Part shown: positions 25,293 through 35,589 of the stretch, piece by piece
Numbering within the stretch: the first letter of the stretch is position 1
How the letters are laid out: each line of letters begins with the position of its first letter
Source: an uncultured Gammaproteobacteria bacterium
GTDB taxonomy: Bacteria > Patescibacteriota > Microgenomatia > UBA10105 > UBA927
Assembly: GCA_964629685.1 (NCBI GenBank)
Contig: CAZVTT010000001.1
Span: 244,603 to 308,602 of the forward strand
Length of the DNA: 64,000 bases
Direction: 5' to 3'
The notes under the pieces: model-generated
What the model was told of the DNA's origin: nothing
Seen by the model: only the letters and a program-made list of their open reading frames with translations
The model's database searches: none
Translations under genes and position numbers: made by a program

Positions 25293-26558
25293 TTGTTGTA
25301 TTTCCTCAAAATCATGAAGAGGTGGATTCGAGAGTGTATTAAAGAAAAAATAGGTAAATTTTTACTGTTGAGTGTCATTATAATTTACTTCGGTTACGCT
25401 TATTTTCAACAAATTCCTCAGGTTACGTTTGAGAGCGACGAAATGATGTGGCCATGTATGGGGCGAATATTTCAATCATATATTCGGGGAGATTGGTCAT
25501 CTCCTGTTTGGCGTAAAACGGTATATGATTTTACGAATGGACCTGTACCCAGATATTTGTATGGGGCAGGGTTAATGACTGCCGCTCAGGATCTCAGGCA
25601 TTTTCAGGTAGTCTGCGCTGATACATGGCAACAATATGCTCCAATACAACGGTATGAGTTTACAACCCAGGAAATTAGATTTTTGTATTACAACAGAGCG
25701 GTAAATATTGTGGTATCAATGGTACTTTTACTGTTTGTATTTATATTTCTTTTCCTGCAGCATGGGACTGCTCCTGCTATTACAGGTACTTTTTTGTTGG
25801 GTTCGCAAGTTGTCTTTATGGAATACGCCGTACGGGCAATGGTGGAAATGTTGCTGTTGTTGTTTTTGGTTATCGCCCAAGTTGTTTTTCTGATAATAAG
25901 TCATCGAATTTTAAATAAAAAACAATATACGTATTGGGTTTTTATATTCGGATGCATTTGTGGTCTGGCTTTTATGACTAAGCCATACGGAGTTATGGCA
26001 GGATGTTCACTTGTATACTGGATTTTATTCTCCCGGATTAATTTTCGAGCGAGATTAAAGATTATTTTTTTTGCGGCGACTGGCATAGCGGTAACGATTC
26101 TTATAGTGTATCCGCCGTTCCTGATTCATCCCTGGTCCATATTTGAATGGTTTCAGAGCTGGTTTATAATTCAGCGTGAATTTCAGTCTTACTTCCCATA
26201 TGCTGCGCTAAATGGATATGGTGCCAGAATTCTCAGTGTTTTCGGCAGATATATATATCCCGGTAAAATGGCTTTTGCTGTCCCGGCTGTAAATATATTT
26301 GTCCTTTGTTTTTATTTTTTGATAGTATTGCGAAAACTGCAACGAAAATCGTTAACACCTGCAGAAACAGGAAGTATATATATGATTGTAGGGTTTATAG
26401 TGTTTAGCGGTTTTTACGTATATCGGGATTGGGATCGTTATTTTATTCCGCTGCTCTTACCGCTAGTGGTTATGTATACCACTGTATTTCACGCGTGTTT
26501 AACCTTAATACAAACTAGGTGGAGAAATATGTCTGTTAACTTGTACAAAATTAGATAA
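25293..26558 (+). CDS. polytopic membrane protein, possibly a GT-C-type glycosyltransferase (PMT/ArnT-like)
   Basis: 421 aa with about 11 hydrophobic helices and an extracytoplasmic loop near the N-terminus. No specific motif was recognised. Confidence 0.35.
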   Translation: MLYFLKIMKRWIRECIKEKIGKFLLLSVIIIYFGYAYFQQIPQVTFESDEMMWPCMGRIFQSYIRGDWSSPVWRKTVYDFTNGPVPRYLYGAGLMTAAQDLRHFQVVCADTWQQYAPIQRYEFTTQEIRFLYYNRAVNIVVSMVLLLFVFIFLFLQHGTAPAITGTFLLGSQVVFMEYAVRAMVEMLLLLFLVIAQVVFLIISHRILNKKQYTYWVFIFGCICGLAFMTKPYGVMAGCSLVYWILFSRINFRARLKIIFFAATGIAVTILIVYPPFLIHPWSIFEWFQSWFIIQREFQSYFPYAALNGYGARILSVFGRYIYPGKMAFAVPAVNIFVLCFYFLIVLRKLQRKSLTPAETGSIYMIVGFIVFSGFYVYRDWDRYFIPLLLPLVVMYTTVFHACLTLIQTRWRNMSVNLYKIR

Positions 26559-26567
26559 AATGAAGAA

Positions 26568-28076
26568 TTAAAGACTACGTTCTTTAATTTTATATTCAAA
26601 AACGGATTTGTCTTCTCCGTTGCTGAGAATGTTATCTGCAAGCTGAAATGCCATTTCTATAGAATTATCTGAGTTATTATAGCGAAATATTCCTGTCCGA
26701 CCGAGTAGGTACACGTTATCTGTTTCCAGATAGGTAACTATTTTCTGTAATCTATTTTTATAGTTAAGATCATATACCGGATACGCGTAGCGGACTCTTT
26801 TAACCCAAGTGTCAGAAACTTCGTTTCCGGAGAAATACTGTACAATTTCTGCATCAGCAATGCAGCGAGATATTAAAGCGGAGTCAGACATACTCCAGGT
26901 ATCATCACCGTAGTAACAAGTTATATCCAGACAGATACAAGTTTTTCCGGGGGGTACCATTTTTTCGGACCAGTTTCGGAATTCAACAGCTCGATTAAAG
27001 ATAACGTTATGATCAGGAAAATAAATCCAATGATCACTGGAAATTCGTTCGCGATTTAAACCGACATATACGAAAATAATATCCATATATTTATTGGCTG
27101 CAAAAAGGGTTTTTATACTTTCATCTTTTTCGATAAGCAATTCATACAGGGAGTAGGGGGGGATGGTAGAGACCAGAATATCGTAGGAAATAGAATGGGC
27201 ACCGTAATGGTCTGAGTATTTTATACGTTGGGATTTTTTTGAGACGGAAATTAATTCAATACCAGTATGTATGATCGTACCGTTTTCAACAGCCTCCTTG
27301 GCGAAAGCGGTCGGTAATTGACCTATCCCATATTCAGGATAGTAGAAATCTCCGCCATCGGGAGCAAGTTCTTCGTCTTCAAGTTTATATTCGGAAAAAT
27401 CAAGTGTGAGTAGTTTTACTATGCTCTTAGTAAGGAATTTTGATAGGTTCGGTCCGTTAAATCTTTCGTCCGCCCAGTCTGCAGATAATGCAGCGGGATC
27501 TTGTTTCCATATTTTCTGAGAATATGTTTGAAATAAGATGTGGTAAAGTTTTTTCCCGTATTTCGTGACGAACCAGTCTCTATATGATCGTATCGGTTGT
27601 GGCCGAATGAGTTGACGAAAATAGTTAAAAATAAAATCTACAGCTGTATAAAGACATTGCGACAGCGGGAGAATTCCCAGTATATCAGGTATGTCAAATG
27701 GATAATTCAGGTATTTTCCGAAAAGAAACACACGGCAGCGTTTATGCTTACGGTACATTTTAATAGTTTTAAGAGATAACACTGATTTCAGTACTTCAGT
27801 ATTTTTTGTATGGAACCTGTGAGCGCAGTAGTCTACAAAATAATCTTTAAATTTGGTCGTTTTTGCCAATCCGCCTACTTCACTATCCTTCTCTAATATC
27901 AAAACGCGCATACCGTGCTTTGATAGTTTCCATGCGAGCGAGAGGCCTGCTATTCCGGCACCCAAGATAACGATATCGAAATGGAGCTTTGGTGGTATTT
28001 CAGACGATATACTATCTCGTGATGGATGGTAAGATACCATACGTTTTAGACTATAGAGATTTTTAGTGGATTGCAA
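26568..28076 (-). CDS. FAD/NAD(P)-binding oxidoreductase (amine-oxidase / UDP-galactopyranose-mutase-like)
   Basis: Rossmann motif DIVILGAGIAGLSLAWKL...ILEKDSEVGGLAKT. The segment HRFHTKNTEVLKSV resembles the Glf HIFHTNNKEVW block. Confidence 0.5.
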   Translation of the reverse strand: MQSTKNLYSLKRMVSYHPSRDSISSEIPPKLHFDIVILGAGIAGLSLAWKLSKHGMRVLILEKDSEVGGLAKTTKFKDYFVDYCAHRFHTKNTEVLKSVLSLKTIKMYRKHKRCRVFLFGKYLNYPFDIPDILGILPLSQCLYTAVDFIFNYFRQLIRPQPIRSYRDWFVTKYGKKLYHILFQTYSQKIWKQDPAALSADWADERFNGPNLSKFLTKSIVKLLTLDFSEYKLEDEELAPDGGDFYYPEYGIGQLPTAFAKEAVENGTIIHTGIELISVSKKSQRIKYSDHYGAHSISYDILVSTIPPYSLYELLIEKDESIKTLFAANKYMDIIFVYVGLNRERISSDHWIYFPDHNVIFNRAVEFRNWSEKMVPPGKTCICLDITCYYGDDTWSMSDSALISRCIADAEIVQYFSGNEVSDTWVKRVRYAYPVYDLNYKNRLQKIVTYLETDNVYLLGRTGIFRYNNSDNSIEMAFQLADNILSNGEDKSVFEYKIKERSL

Positions 28077-28178
28077 CGGAAAAAGGGGAATTCTATTCTG
28101 TTTTTTTACTGTAAATATGAATACTGTGATCGAATAGACTATAATTAACCGTTAATTGGTCATTCTTACACTTTTACT

Positions 28179-29030
28179 ATGGAAATAACTGTTGCCGATC
28201 AGCGTATCCTTTTATTTAGCGATCAGATTGCCCCTGAAGACGCTAAGCAAAAAGCGTGGGAGAAACGTTTAATTGCGTTTGGCGCATTATCGCAGGTTAC
28301 CGGTTTTTTAAACCGTCCGAAAGATGAGGATTTTGAACTTATTTATCAGGAGCATAGATATCAGCCGTTTTGGCACGTTATTGCCAAAGCGCGGTACGTC
28401 TATAACCGGAAGGCAACTTATCAGGTAAACGTTCCCGGGAAAGAGGTGCAGTCAGTTACTGTTCATGATATCCGGTACGATGTACAGAATAATCACATCC
28501 ACCTGCCGGTTAGAGAACATTGCATTCAACATGAACAGGAAGAAGTACTTATAGATGGGGTAAGCGGCAAAAATAAACCGGAACTGGCACACTATTTGCC
28601 GTTAACACCGCGTGAAGTAAACGATAAAATTGAGAAAACCGTTTCGAAAGATTCCATCCTTGTCCCACCACAGGCTCGGGTATCCGCTATCATGCGGGAC
28701 GCACTCGCAAAAATGATAAAAGGAATTCAGGCGGATGAGATTTTGGAAGAGCAAGTGGAGGTAACCAGCGTTGATCTTTACTATTATCCCGTATACGCAT
28801 TTCAATACCGCTGGAAATCCAAAGGGAAAGAGGGCATTGTGGAAGTAGACGGGATGAACGGTTCTGTAAGTCCGGGAAGCAGAACATTTAACGAATTTTT
28901 CGGAAAAGTGCTGGATATAAATTTTCTGTTTGATGTAGGTGCGGATGCTGCAGGAATGTTTATTCCCGGTGGTTCAATTGCCGTGAAAGTAGCCAAAAAA
29001 TATATGGATACAAAACGTGCAAAGGTTTAG
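28179..29030 (+). CDS. hypothetical protein
   Basis: 283 aa, soluble, no recognisable motif. Confidence 0.4.
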   Translation: MEITVADQRILLFSDQIAPEDAKQKAWEKRLIAFGALSQVTGFLNRPKDEDFELIYQEHRYQPFWHVIAKARYVYNRKATYQVNVPGKEVQSVTVHDIRYDVQNNHIHLPVREHCIQHEQEEVLIDGVSGKNKPELAHYLPLTPREVNDKIEKTVSKDSILVPPQARVSAIMRDALAKMIKGIQADEILEEQVEVTSVDLYYYPVYAFQYRWKSKGKEGIVEVDGMNGSVSPGSRTFNEFFGKVLDINFLFDVGADAAGMFIPGGSIAVKVAKKYMDTKRAKV

Positions 29031-29045
29031 GCAAACAGTTACCAT

Positions 29046-29642
29046 ATGTCTTCCGTAAATCTTCAGGCAATTCTAGATGTACTCCACGAGGCAGAAGGAC
29101 TCAAACGATTGTTGCGGCACAGTTGGTTATCGGATGGCAGGCAGGAAAGTGTAGCAGAGCATACATGGCGGATGGCATTCATGGCCATCTTATTGCATTC
29201 AGAGCTGGAAGAACCTGTCGATATCGGCAAAGTGTTGGAGATGATCATCGTTCATGATGTGGCGGAAATCCGGGCAGGTGACTTTCACGCATTTAGAACT
29301 GTTCCGGCAAACAAAGCGGAACTTGAGTTGTCGGCCTTACGGAACATAGTTCAGAAGATAGATAGCAAAAAGGGGGAGAGGATAATTAATCTGTGGCAAG
29401 AGTTTGAAGAAAGAAAAACGTCCGAAGCAAAATTTGCTCAGGCGTTGGATAAATTGGAAGTACTTATACAGCATAACGAAGCCGATATCTCCACGTGGGA
29501 AGAAAAAGAATACGATTTTAATCTTACGTATGCATACGATAAAGTTAACTATAGTCAGATTTTGAAAGAGCTTCGGGAGTTAGTGCGCAAGGATACAACG
29601 GATAAAATAAATCATTCAGACAAAATACGGAGAGAACGATGA
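29046..29642 (+). CDS. HD-domain phosphohydrolase (YfbR-like)
   Basis: Motifs VAEHTWRMAF...IVHDVAEIRAGD. Confidence 0.6.
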   Translation: MSSVNLQAILDVLHEAEGLKRLLRHSWLSDGRQESVAEHTWRMAFMAILLHSELEEPVDIGKVLEMIIVHDVAEIRAGDFHAFRTVPANKAELELSALRNIVQKIDSKKGERIINLWQEFEERKTSEAKFAQALDKLEVLIQHNEADISTWEEKEYDFNLTYAYDKVNYSQILKELRELVRKDTTDKINHSDKIRRER

Positions 29643-29812
29643 CGCATACGTATAATTATGTTGAATAATACAGGGTATTTAACTTCTATAAACGATTGAT
29701 TTAAATTCAAGATTCTCCATCCTTGCACAAGAAAATACCTCGGGAAAATCCGTATCAGAAATTAATATTTGACAGCTATAGAACTAACGTTCTAGAATAG
29801 AACGACTGTTCT

Positions 29813-30400
29813 ATGAATACACACTCGAAAGCTTTGAATATCGCAAAAAAAATATTTGCATCTTCCGGTTATGATGGCGTAAGCATGCGGAGAATCGCTG
29901 CAAAAATGAATATTGTTCCGTCTGTACTCTATTATCATTTTAAAGATAAAAATGAGTTGTTGCGGGTGATGTTTGATTCAATTAACACTGATTTGGGCAT
30001 AAGGCGCAATAAACTTCCTCCCCAAAATACATTCCTTGATATGTTAAAGCAAAGGATAGAATTTCAGATAGATAATGCAGAGGAAATCGTTACGGTACTA
30101 AGATATTTTCTTCATTTCCGGACAACATTCCCCCAAAATGAATACGGTTTCGTGCCGGTTAAAGCATATCTTCATATTCAGGAAGTTCTTGAATTCGGTG
30201 AAAAGCGCGGTGAGCTAGGGGTAAAGAATATTCAGAAAGAAGCAAAAATAATCACACATGCTATTAACGGATTTTTATTGGAATATTACCCTAAAACTCC
30301 AACCGGAAAAGAAAAAAAAGTTTTAGTGAATGATATTGCTGATTTTATTTATAGGGCAGTGAGTAAGGTTCCTAACGAAGGGGTTAAGAAAAAAATATGA
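29813..30400 (+). CDS. TetR-family transcriptional regulator
   Basis: N-terminal HTH (ALNIAKKIFASSGYDGVSMRRIAAKMNIVPSVLYYHFKDKNELL). Its stop overlaps the crtI start (ATGA). Confidence 0.7.
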   Translation: MNTHSKALNIAKKIFASSGYDGVSMRRIAAKMNIVPSVLYYHFKDKNELLRVMFDSINTDLGIRRNKLPPQNTFLDMLKQRIEFQIDNAEEIVTVLRYFLHFRTTFPQNEYGFVPVKAYLHIQEVLEFGEKRGELGVKNIQKEAKIITHAINGFLLEYYPKTPTGKEKKVLVNDIADFIYRAVSKVPNEGVKKKI

Positions 30401-31872
30401 AAAAAGTCGTTGTTGTCGGATCGGGTTTTGGGGGATTGGCCAGCGCAGCGTTTTTAGCCAAAGCTGGATATGCTGTAACAGTATATGAAAAAAATAGGAC
30501 TCCGGGTGGACGTGCACGAGTCTTTCGGAAAAAAGGTTATCAATTCGACATGGGGCCATCATGGTACACCATGCCTGATATTATGGAACGATTTTTTGGA
30601 CTTTTAGGGAAAAAGTCCAAAGATTATTACAGTCTTAAAAGACTTGATCCATCATATCGGGTGATGTTCGATAAAAACGATATTGTAGATATTTCAGCAT
30701 CACTTCAAAAAAATTACGCATTGTTTAATCGCCTGGAAAAGGGTGGCGGGGAAAAATTAAAACGCTATTTGGCTCAGGCGAAGTACCAATACGATGTTGC
30801 GATGTCGTCATATGTTATAAAGCCATACCGATCAGTTTTCGATATGTTTGATATCCGTATGGCAAAAGAAGCCAGTAAGCTCCATCTGCTGGACAATATG
30901 GATACCTTTGTAAAACGTTATTTCGAAAACGACCGTTTACGCAAAATATTGCAGTATACTCTCGTTTTTCTGGGGGGATCTCCTAAAAATACTCCTGCAA
31001 TGTATGCCTTAATGAGTCATGTGGATTTTCATATGGGCGTTTGGTATCCCAAAGGGGGAATTGGATCAGTCGTAACAGCGGTAGAAACAATAGCAAAAGA
31101 ATTCGGTGCTAAATTCGTATATGGCAGCGAAGTGGAAAAAATAATAACGGAAAACGGGAGAGCTACAGGTGTGTTGGTACGGGGTAAACAGATTCAAGCG
31201 GATATTGTGGTAATGAATGCAGACTATGCTCATGCGGAACTGGATTTATTAACCGAAAAAGACCGTTCATACAAAGAGGCGTATTGGAAGAAAAGGGTAT
31301 TGGCACCTTCTGCATTTTTAATGTATCTGGGTATTAACAGACGCATACCCGCTCTAAAACATCATACTTTACTCTTCGCACATGACTGGGTGAAGCACTT
31401 TGATGCGATATTCGATAATCCGTCATGGCCGGAAAATCCATCAGTGTATATATGCTGTCCATCTAAGACAGATACATCTGTAGCACCTGACGGGAAGGAG
31501 AATCTGGTAGTTTTGGTTCCGGTGGCTTCAGGACTCCCGGATACTCCTGTTATCAGGAGCATGTATAGCGAAAAAATACTGAAGCAATTGGAAGATATTT
31601 TACAAATATCAATTCGTGATCATGTTGAATTTAAACAAATATATAGCATTCGGGATTTTGAACTGGATTACAATGCGTATAGGGGAACCGGTTTAGGCCT
31701 GTCTCATACTCTGTTTCAAACTGCTATTTTCCGTCCAAGCTATAGAAGCAAAAAGGTCAGAAATCTATTTTTTGTCGGACAATATACGCACCCGGGTATC
31801 GGTATTCCAATTCAGTTAATTTCCGCAGAGATTGCAGTCAATGAGATTAAAAAAGAATATGAAATCTCATAA
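30397..31872 (+). CDS. crtI: phytoene desaturase
   Basis: N-terminal FAD motif VVVVGSGFGGLASAAFLAKAGYAVTVYEKNRTPGGRA, the FDMGPSWYTMPD block, and overall CrtI length and pattern. Confidence 0.85.
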   Translation: MKKVVVVGSGFGGLASAAFLAKAGYAVTVYEKNRTPGGRARVFRKKGYQFDMGPSWYTMPDIMERFFGLLGKKSKDYYSLKRLDPSYRVMFDKNDIVDISASLQKNYALFNRLEKGGGEKLKRYLAQAKYQYDVAMSSYVIKPYRSVFDMFDIRMAKEASKLHLLDNMDTFVKRYFENDRLRKILQYTLVFLGGSPKNTPAMYALMSHVDFHMGVWYPKGGIGSVVTAVETIAKEFGAKFVYGSEVEKIITENGRATGVLVRGKQIQADIVVMNADYAHAELDLLTEKDRSYKEAYWKKRVLAPSAFLMYLGINRRIPALKHHTLLFAHDWVKHFDAIFDNPSWPENPSVYICCPSKTDTSVAPDGKENLVVLVPVASGLPDTPVIRSMYSEKILKQLEDILQISIRDHVEFKQIYSIRDFELDYNAYRGTGLGLSHTLFQTAIFRPSYRSKKVRNLFFVGQYTHPGIGIPIQLISAEIAVNEIKKEYEIS

Positions 31873-32701
31873 ATTTACTTCCGTGTTTAGGCAGGGTAGC
31901 AGAACGTATTTCACGAGTTCATTTTTTTTCCCTGAAAATATTAAAGATGATATCTACACTTTTTATGCTTTCGTACGGACTGCAGATGATTATGTCGATT
32001 CAATTCCTCAGCAAAAAAAAGAATTTAGGAAGTTTGTAAAAAATTTTACCTTTGCCTGGAACGGAAAAAGCACAGGTATTATGGTAATAGATGAGTTTGT
32101 ATCCCTGGCTCTTCGTAAAGGTATTTCTAAAACGGATATTATGGCATTTATTTCAGCCATGGAAACAGATTTATCCGTCCGTAGGTATGCCACTTTACGC
32201 GATCTCGAAAAATACATGTACGGTTCCGCAGAAGTAATTGGATTGATAATGGCAAAATTGTTGAATTTATCCGAACATTCACAAGTAAGCGCACGATTGC
32301 TAGGGAAGTCTATGCAGCTTCTAAATTTTATTCGCGATATTGAGGAGGACAACAGTTTGGGAAGGATGTATTTCCCACAGTCCGACATGCGTAAGTTCAA
32401 CTTACAGTCCTTGGACTATCACTATATACAATCCCATCCTGACCAATTCAAAAAATTTATTCTATTTCAGTTAAGCCGTTATTCAAAATGGCAAGCTAAG
32501 GCTGAACTTGGATTTTCCTATATCCCGCAACGATATAGAATAGCAATTCAGACAGCTTCGGAAATGTATAAATGGACAGCCAGAATAATCGCAGAAGATC
32601 CATTTGTGATATTCAGGAAGAAAGTAAAACCCGGTACGGTAAGAATACTTTTCTGTGCACTCGTTCAAACGATTAAAATATATACAGGTTTACGGACATG
32701 A
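31859..32701 (+). CDS. crtB: phytoene synthase
   Basis: YAFVRTADDYVD motif (cf. YAFCRxADDIVD) and the second Asp-rich block (RDIEEDNSLGRMYFP). Start placed at ATG 31859, overlapping the crtI 3' end. Confidence 0.8.
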   Translation: MKSHKFTSVFRQGSRTYFTSSFFFPENIKDDIYTFYAFVRTADDYVDSIPQQKKEFRKFVKNFTFAWNGKSTGIMVIDEFVSLALRKGISKTDIMAFISAMETDLSVRRYATLRDLEKYMYGSAEVIGLIMAKLLNLSEHSQVSARLLGKSMQLLNFIRDIEEDNSLGRMYFPQSDMRKFNLQSLDYHYIQSHPDQFKKFILFQLSRYSKWQAKAELGFSYIPQRYRIAIQTASEMYKWTARIIAEDPFVIFRKKVKPGTVRILFCALVQTIKIYTGLRT

Positions 32702-33540
32702 AGTTTTCTTATTATTTTAGGGCATTATTTTATGCTTCACGACCGAGATTTTGGCTCTATACGGCCGGACCTTATCTTGTTGGGTATGGTGCAGGTTCTG
32801 GATCTGTAAACAGACTATCGAACTTCGAGTTCTGGATATGGTTTGTATTTTTTCTTTTTCCGGTAAACATCCTTTTGTATGGAATAAATGATTGGTTCGA
32901 TAAAGATACGGACCAACTTAACCGTAAAAAGGATCAGTATGAACAGCGATTGGAATATACAAACAAAGAGGTTGTTCGGATCGGAATTCTATTTTCCGCT
33001 ATTCTTTTCGCGGTAATGGCATATGGTTTCCCGAGTCAGTATACGTCTTTGATGTTGATGTTAATGCTGGTGTTACTGGTGGGGTATAGTGTCCCGCCTT
33101 TACGCCTGAAGGCTAGACCATTTGTAGATTCATTGAGTAACGTGCTTTACGTTTTACCAGGATTTATTGGGTATTATCAGTCGACCAGGAGTTTTCCAGA
33201 CTGGCAAATAATTATTGCCGTTTGGTGTTGGTCAGCTGCAATGCATTTGCTTTCGGCAATACCGGATATCAAACCGGATAGTATTGCACATCTCCGAACC
33301 ACCGCAGTTGTATTGGGCAGACGGTCCTCACTCTGGTTATGTATTTTGTTATGGGGAATATTTTCAGCAGTATTTATTATTTCGTCACGTAATCCGATTT
33401 CATTGTTATTGCTGGTTTATCCATTAATCCCTGCGTACTTATTGCTCTCCGGATGTAGGAATGATGAACGGGTGTATCGGTATTTTCCGATAATTAACAC
33501 GGTATTTGGTTTTGGATTATTCTTATTTCAGGTGCTGTAA
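32698..33540 (+). CDS. UbiA-family prenyltransferase (candidate carotenoid-modifying enzyme, e.g. lycopene elongase/hydratase-like)
   Basis: Eight TM helices. UbiA motif (NDWFDKDTDQLN) and N-terminal RPRFWLYTAGPYLVG. ATGA overlap with crtB. Confidence 0.55.
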   Translation: MKFSYYFRALFYASRPRFWLYTAGPYLVGYGAGSGSVNRLSNFEFWIWFVFFLFPVNILLYGINDWFDKDTDQLNRKKDQYEQRLEYTNKEVVRIGILFSAILFAVMAYGFPSQYTSLMLMLMLVLLVGYSVPPLRLKARPFVDSLSNVLYVLPGFIGYYQSTRSFPDWQIIIAVWCWSAAMHLLSAIPDIKPDSIAHLRTTAVVLGRRSSLWLCILLWGIFSAVFIISSRNPISLLLLVYPLIPAYLLLSGCRNDERVYRYFPIINTVFGFGLFLFQVL

Positions 33541-33542
33541 CA

Positions 33543-34259
33543 ATGAACATTTCCGTTATTATTCCGGCATTAAACGAAGAATTTTCGATTCAAAATTTAT
33601 TACGGGACCTTAAACATCAAACTGTTAAAGCACATGAAGTCATGGTAGTTGACGGCGGTTCGGTAGATCAGACAGTGAAAAAAGTCCGAAAGACAAAGTT
33701 TGTAAGACTTATTTCTACGTCTGCAGGCATAGCTCATCAGCGGAACATAGGTGGTATGAAGGCAACCGGAGACATTTTAATTTTTTTGGATGCGGATGTT
33801 CGTATTGCAGCTGACTTTATTGAAAAGGTAATACTGTTTATGACCGCTACAAATGTCGCAATTGCCTGTCCCAGATATGTACCCTATCCCGGTTCATTGA
33901 TGATTAACGGTGTCTATACATTCCTGAATGTGTTGTTTTGGATTTTTTCCGGGGTAACTCCTTCAGGTGCAGGTTCATGCATAATTGTCAGATCTTCAGT
34001 GTATAAACAGGCTAAAGGGTTCAATGAATTATTAAAGTTTGACGATATTCATTTTATCCGTAGTGCATCCCGATTTGGGAAATTCAGTATGATACCTATA
34101 TCCGTTGCCGTTTCAGATAGGAGATTTCGAACATATGGGTTAATTCCGGTGGTTGCGACGTATGGAATCTTATCCGTAATGTTCTTTTTAGGGTTATATC
34201 GTTTAGCAAATTTGATCCCGTACCCTTTTGGGCGATACCATAAAACTTATGTACGTTGA
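33543..34259 (+). CDS. family-2 glycosyltransferase (candidate carotenoid glycosyltransferase)
   Basis: GT2 N-terminus ISVIIPALNEE...VVDGGSVDQT...FLDADV, with C-terminal hydrophobic helices. Confidence 0.6.
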   Translation: MNISVIIPALNEEFSIQNLLRDLKHQTVKAHEVMVVDGGSVDQTVKKVRKTKFVRLISTSAGIAHQRNIGGMKATGDILIFLDADVRIAADFIEKVILFMTATNVAIACPRYVPYPGSLMINGVYTFLNVLFWIFSGVTPSGAGSCIIVRSSVYKQAKGFNELLKFDDIHFIRSASRFGKFSMIPISVAVSDRRFRTYGLIPVVATYGILSVMFFLGLYRLANLIPYPFGRYHKTYVR

Positions 34260-35589
34260 TGGAAGCAGAATCCGGCAATTGAATACATTTCCGGCACAGC
34301 CGGGTCCGGTAGTGTACTGGATGAGTAGGGATCAGCGCATTTCGGATAACTGGGCATTACTCTATGCGCAGCAGAAGGCAATAGAACGACATGAACCACT
34401 TGTAGTTGTTTTTTGTTTACTGCGCACCTTTTTAGGAGCAGGAAACCGTCAATACAGTTTTATGTTAGCGGGATTGCGGGAGATTGCCGCTAGTCTGCAG
34501 GAAAAAAATATTTCCTTTTGTATGGTAGAAGGTGATCCGGTTAACGAGTTACCGGCTTTTCTAAAGCATGTTAAAGCTGGACTGCTGATTACTGATTTTT
34601 CTCCGCTCAAAACAGGGCGTGAATGGCGGAATAAAGTTGCTAAACGAGTGTCCATATCATTTGAAGAAGTGGATGCGCATAATATTGTACCCTGCTGGAT
34701 TGTTTCTCAGAAACAAGAATTTGGCGCATATACACTGCGTCCGAAGATTCAAAAATTGTTACCGGAATACCTTACAGATTATCCGGAATTAAACAGACAT
34801 CCCGTAAATCATAAGAACACCTACGGTGGTTATACGTATGCATTTAAGTCTCTTCCCTCAGATTATTCCTGGATTCCCGGTGAACGTGCCGCTCACAAGG
34901 CGTTAAGACAATTCTTGAAACAGAAATTACAAAATTATTCGGCATTACGAAATAATCCGGTTGTTTCCGGTCAATCTGATTTTTCCGTGTATTTGCACTT
35001 CGGTCAGATATCCGCACAGCGTGTGGCGTTAGCTATATCTCATGCAACAACTGATATAGCCTCAAAATCTGATTTTTTGGAGGAGTTAATTGTTAGAAGA
35101 GAATTGTCTGATAATTATTGTTTTTATAATCCCGGATATGATTCTATTGATACTGCTCCCGATTGGGCAAGGAAAACACTGAATGCTCACAGAAGAGATA
35201 CCAGGCCATATACATATTCTTTGACTGAATTTGAGCAAGGGAGAACACATGACAATCTCTGGAATGCTGCTCAAAAACAAATGGTTATTACTGGAAAAAT
35301 GCATGGATATTTAAGAATGTACTGGGCAAAAAAAATACTGGAATGGTCCGAAAGTCCAGAAGATGCGATGAGAATTGCGATTGCGTTAAATGATACGTAT
35401 GAACTAGATGGAAGAGATCCCAATGGTTATGCAGGAATTGCCTGGGCTATCTGCGGTGTTCATGATAGGCCATGGCCGGAAAGACCAGTTTTTGGCAAGA
35501 TACGATACATGAATAATGCTGGCTGCAAACGTAAGTTTGATGTGATCACATTTGTTAAGAATATTTCCATATTGGAAGGGAAGTTATAA
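34228..35589 (+). CDS. deoxyribodipyrimidine photolyase (class II-like CPD photolyase)
   Basis: N-terminal VVYWMSRDQRISDNWAL and C-terminal FAD-binding blocks (MHGYLRMYWAKKILEW...GYAGIAWAICGVHDRPWPERPVFGKIRYMN). Confidence 0.8.
   Translation: MGDTIKLMYVDGSRIRQLNTFPAQPGPVVYWMSRDQRISDNWALLYAQQKAIERHEPLVVVFCLLRTFLGAGNRQYSFMLAGLREIAASLQEKNISFCMVEGDPVNELPAFLKHVKAGLLITDFSPLKTGREWRNKVAKRVSISFEEVDAHNIVPCWIVSQKQEFGAYTLRPKIQKLLPEYLTDYPELNRHPVNHKNTYGGYTYAFKSLPSDYSWIPGERAAHKALRQFLKQKLQNYSALRNNPVVSGQSDFSVYLHFGQISAQRVALAISHATTDIASKSDFLEELIVRRELSDNYCFYNPGYDSIDTAPDWARKTLNAHRRDTRPYTYSLTEFEQGRTHDNLWNAAQKQMVITGKMHGYLRMYWAKKILEWSESPEDAMRIAIALNDTYELDGRDPNGYAGIAWAICGVHDRPWPERPVFGKIRYMNNAGCKRKFDVITFVKNISILEGKL

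Noticed and set aside
31919-31930. T9 homopolymer (TCATTTTTTTTCCCT) inside the 5' part of crtB as a possible frameshift switch
   Set aside because: It encodes SSFFFP within the conserved N-terminal region of phytoene synthase in the intact frame. There is no sign of a frameshift, and AT-rich codon bias explains it.
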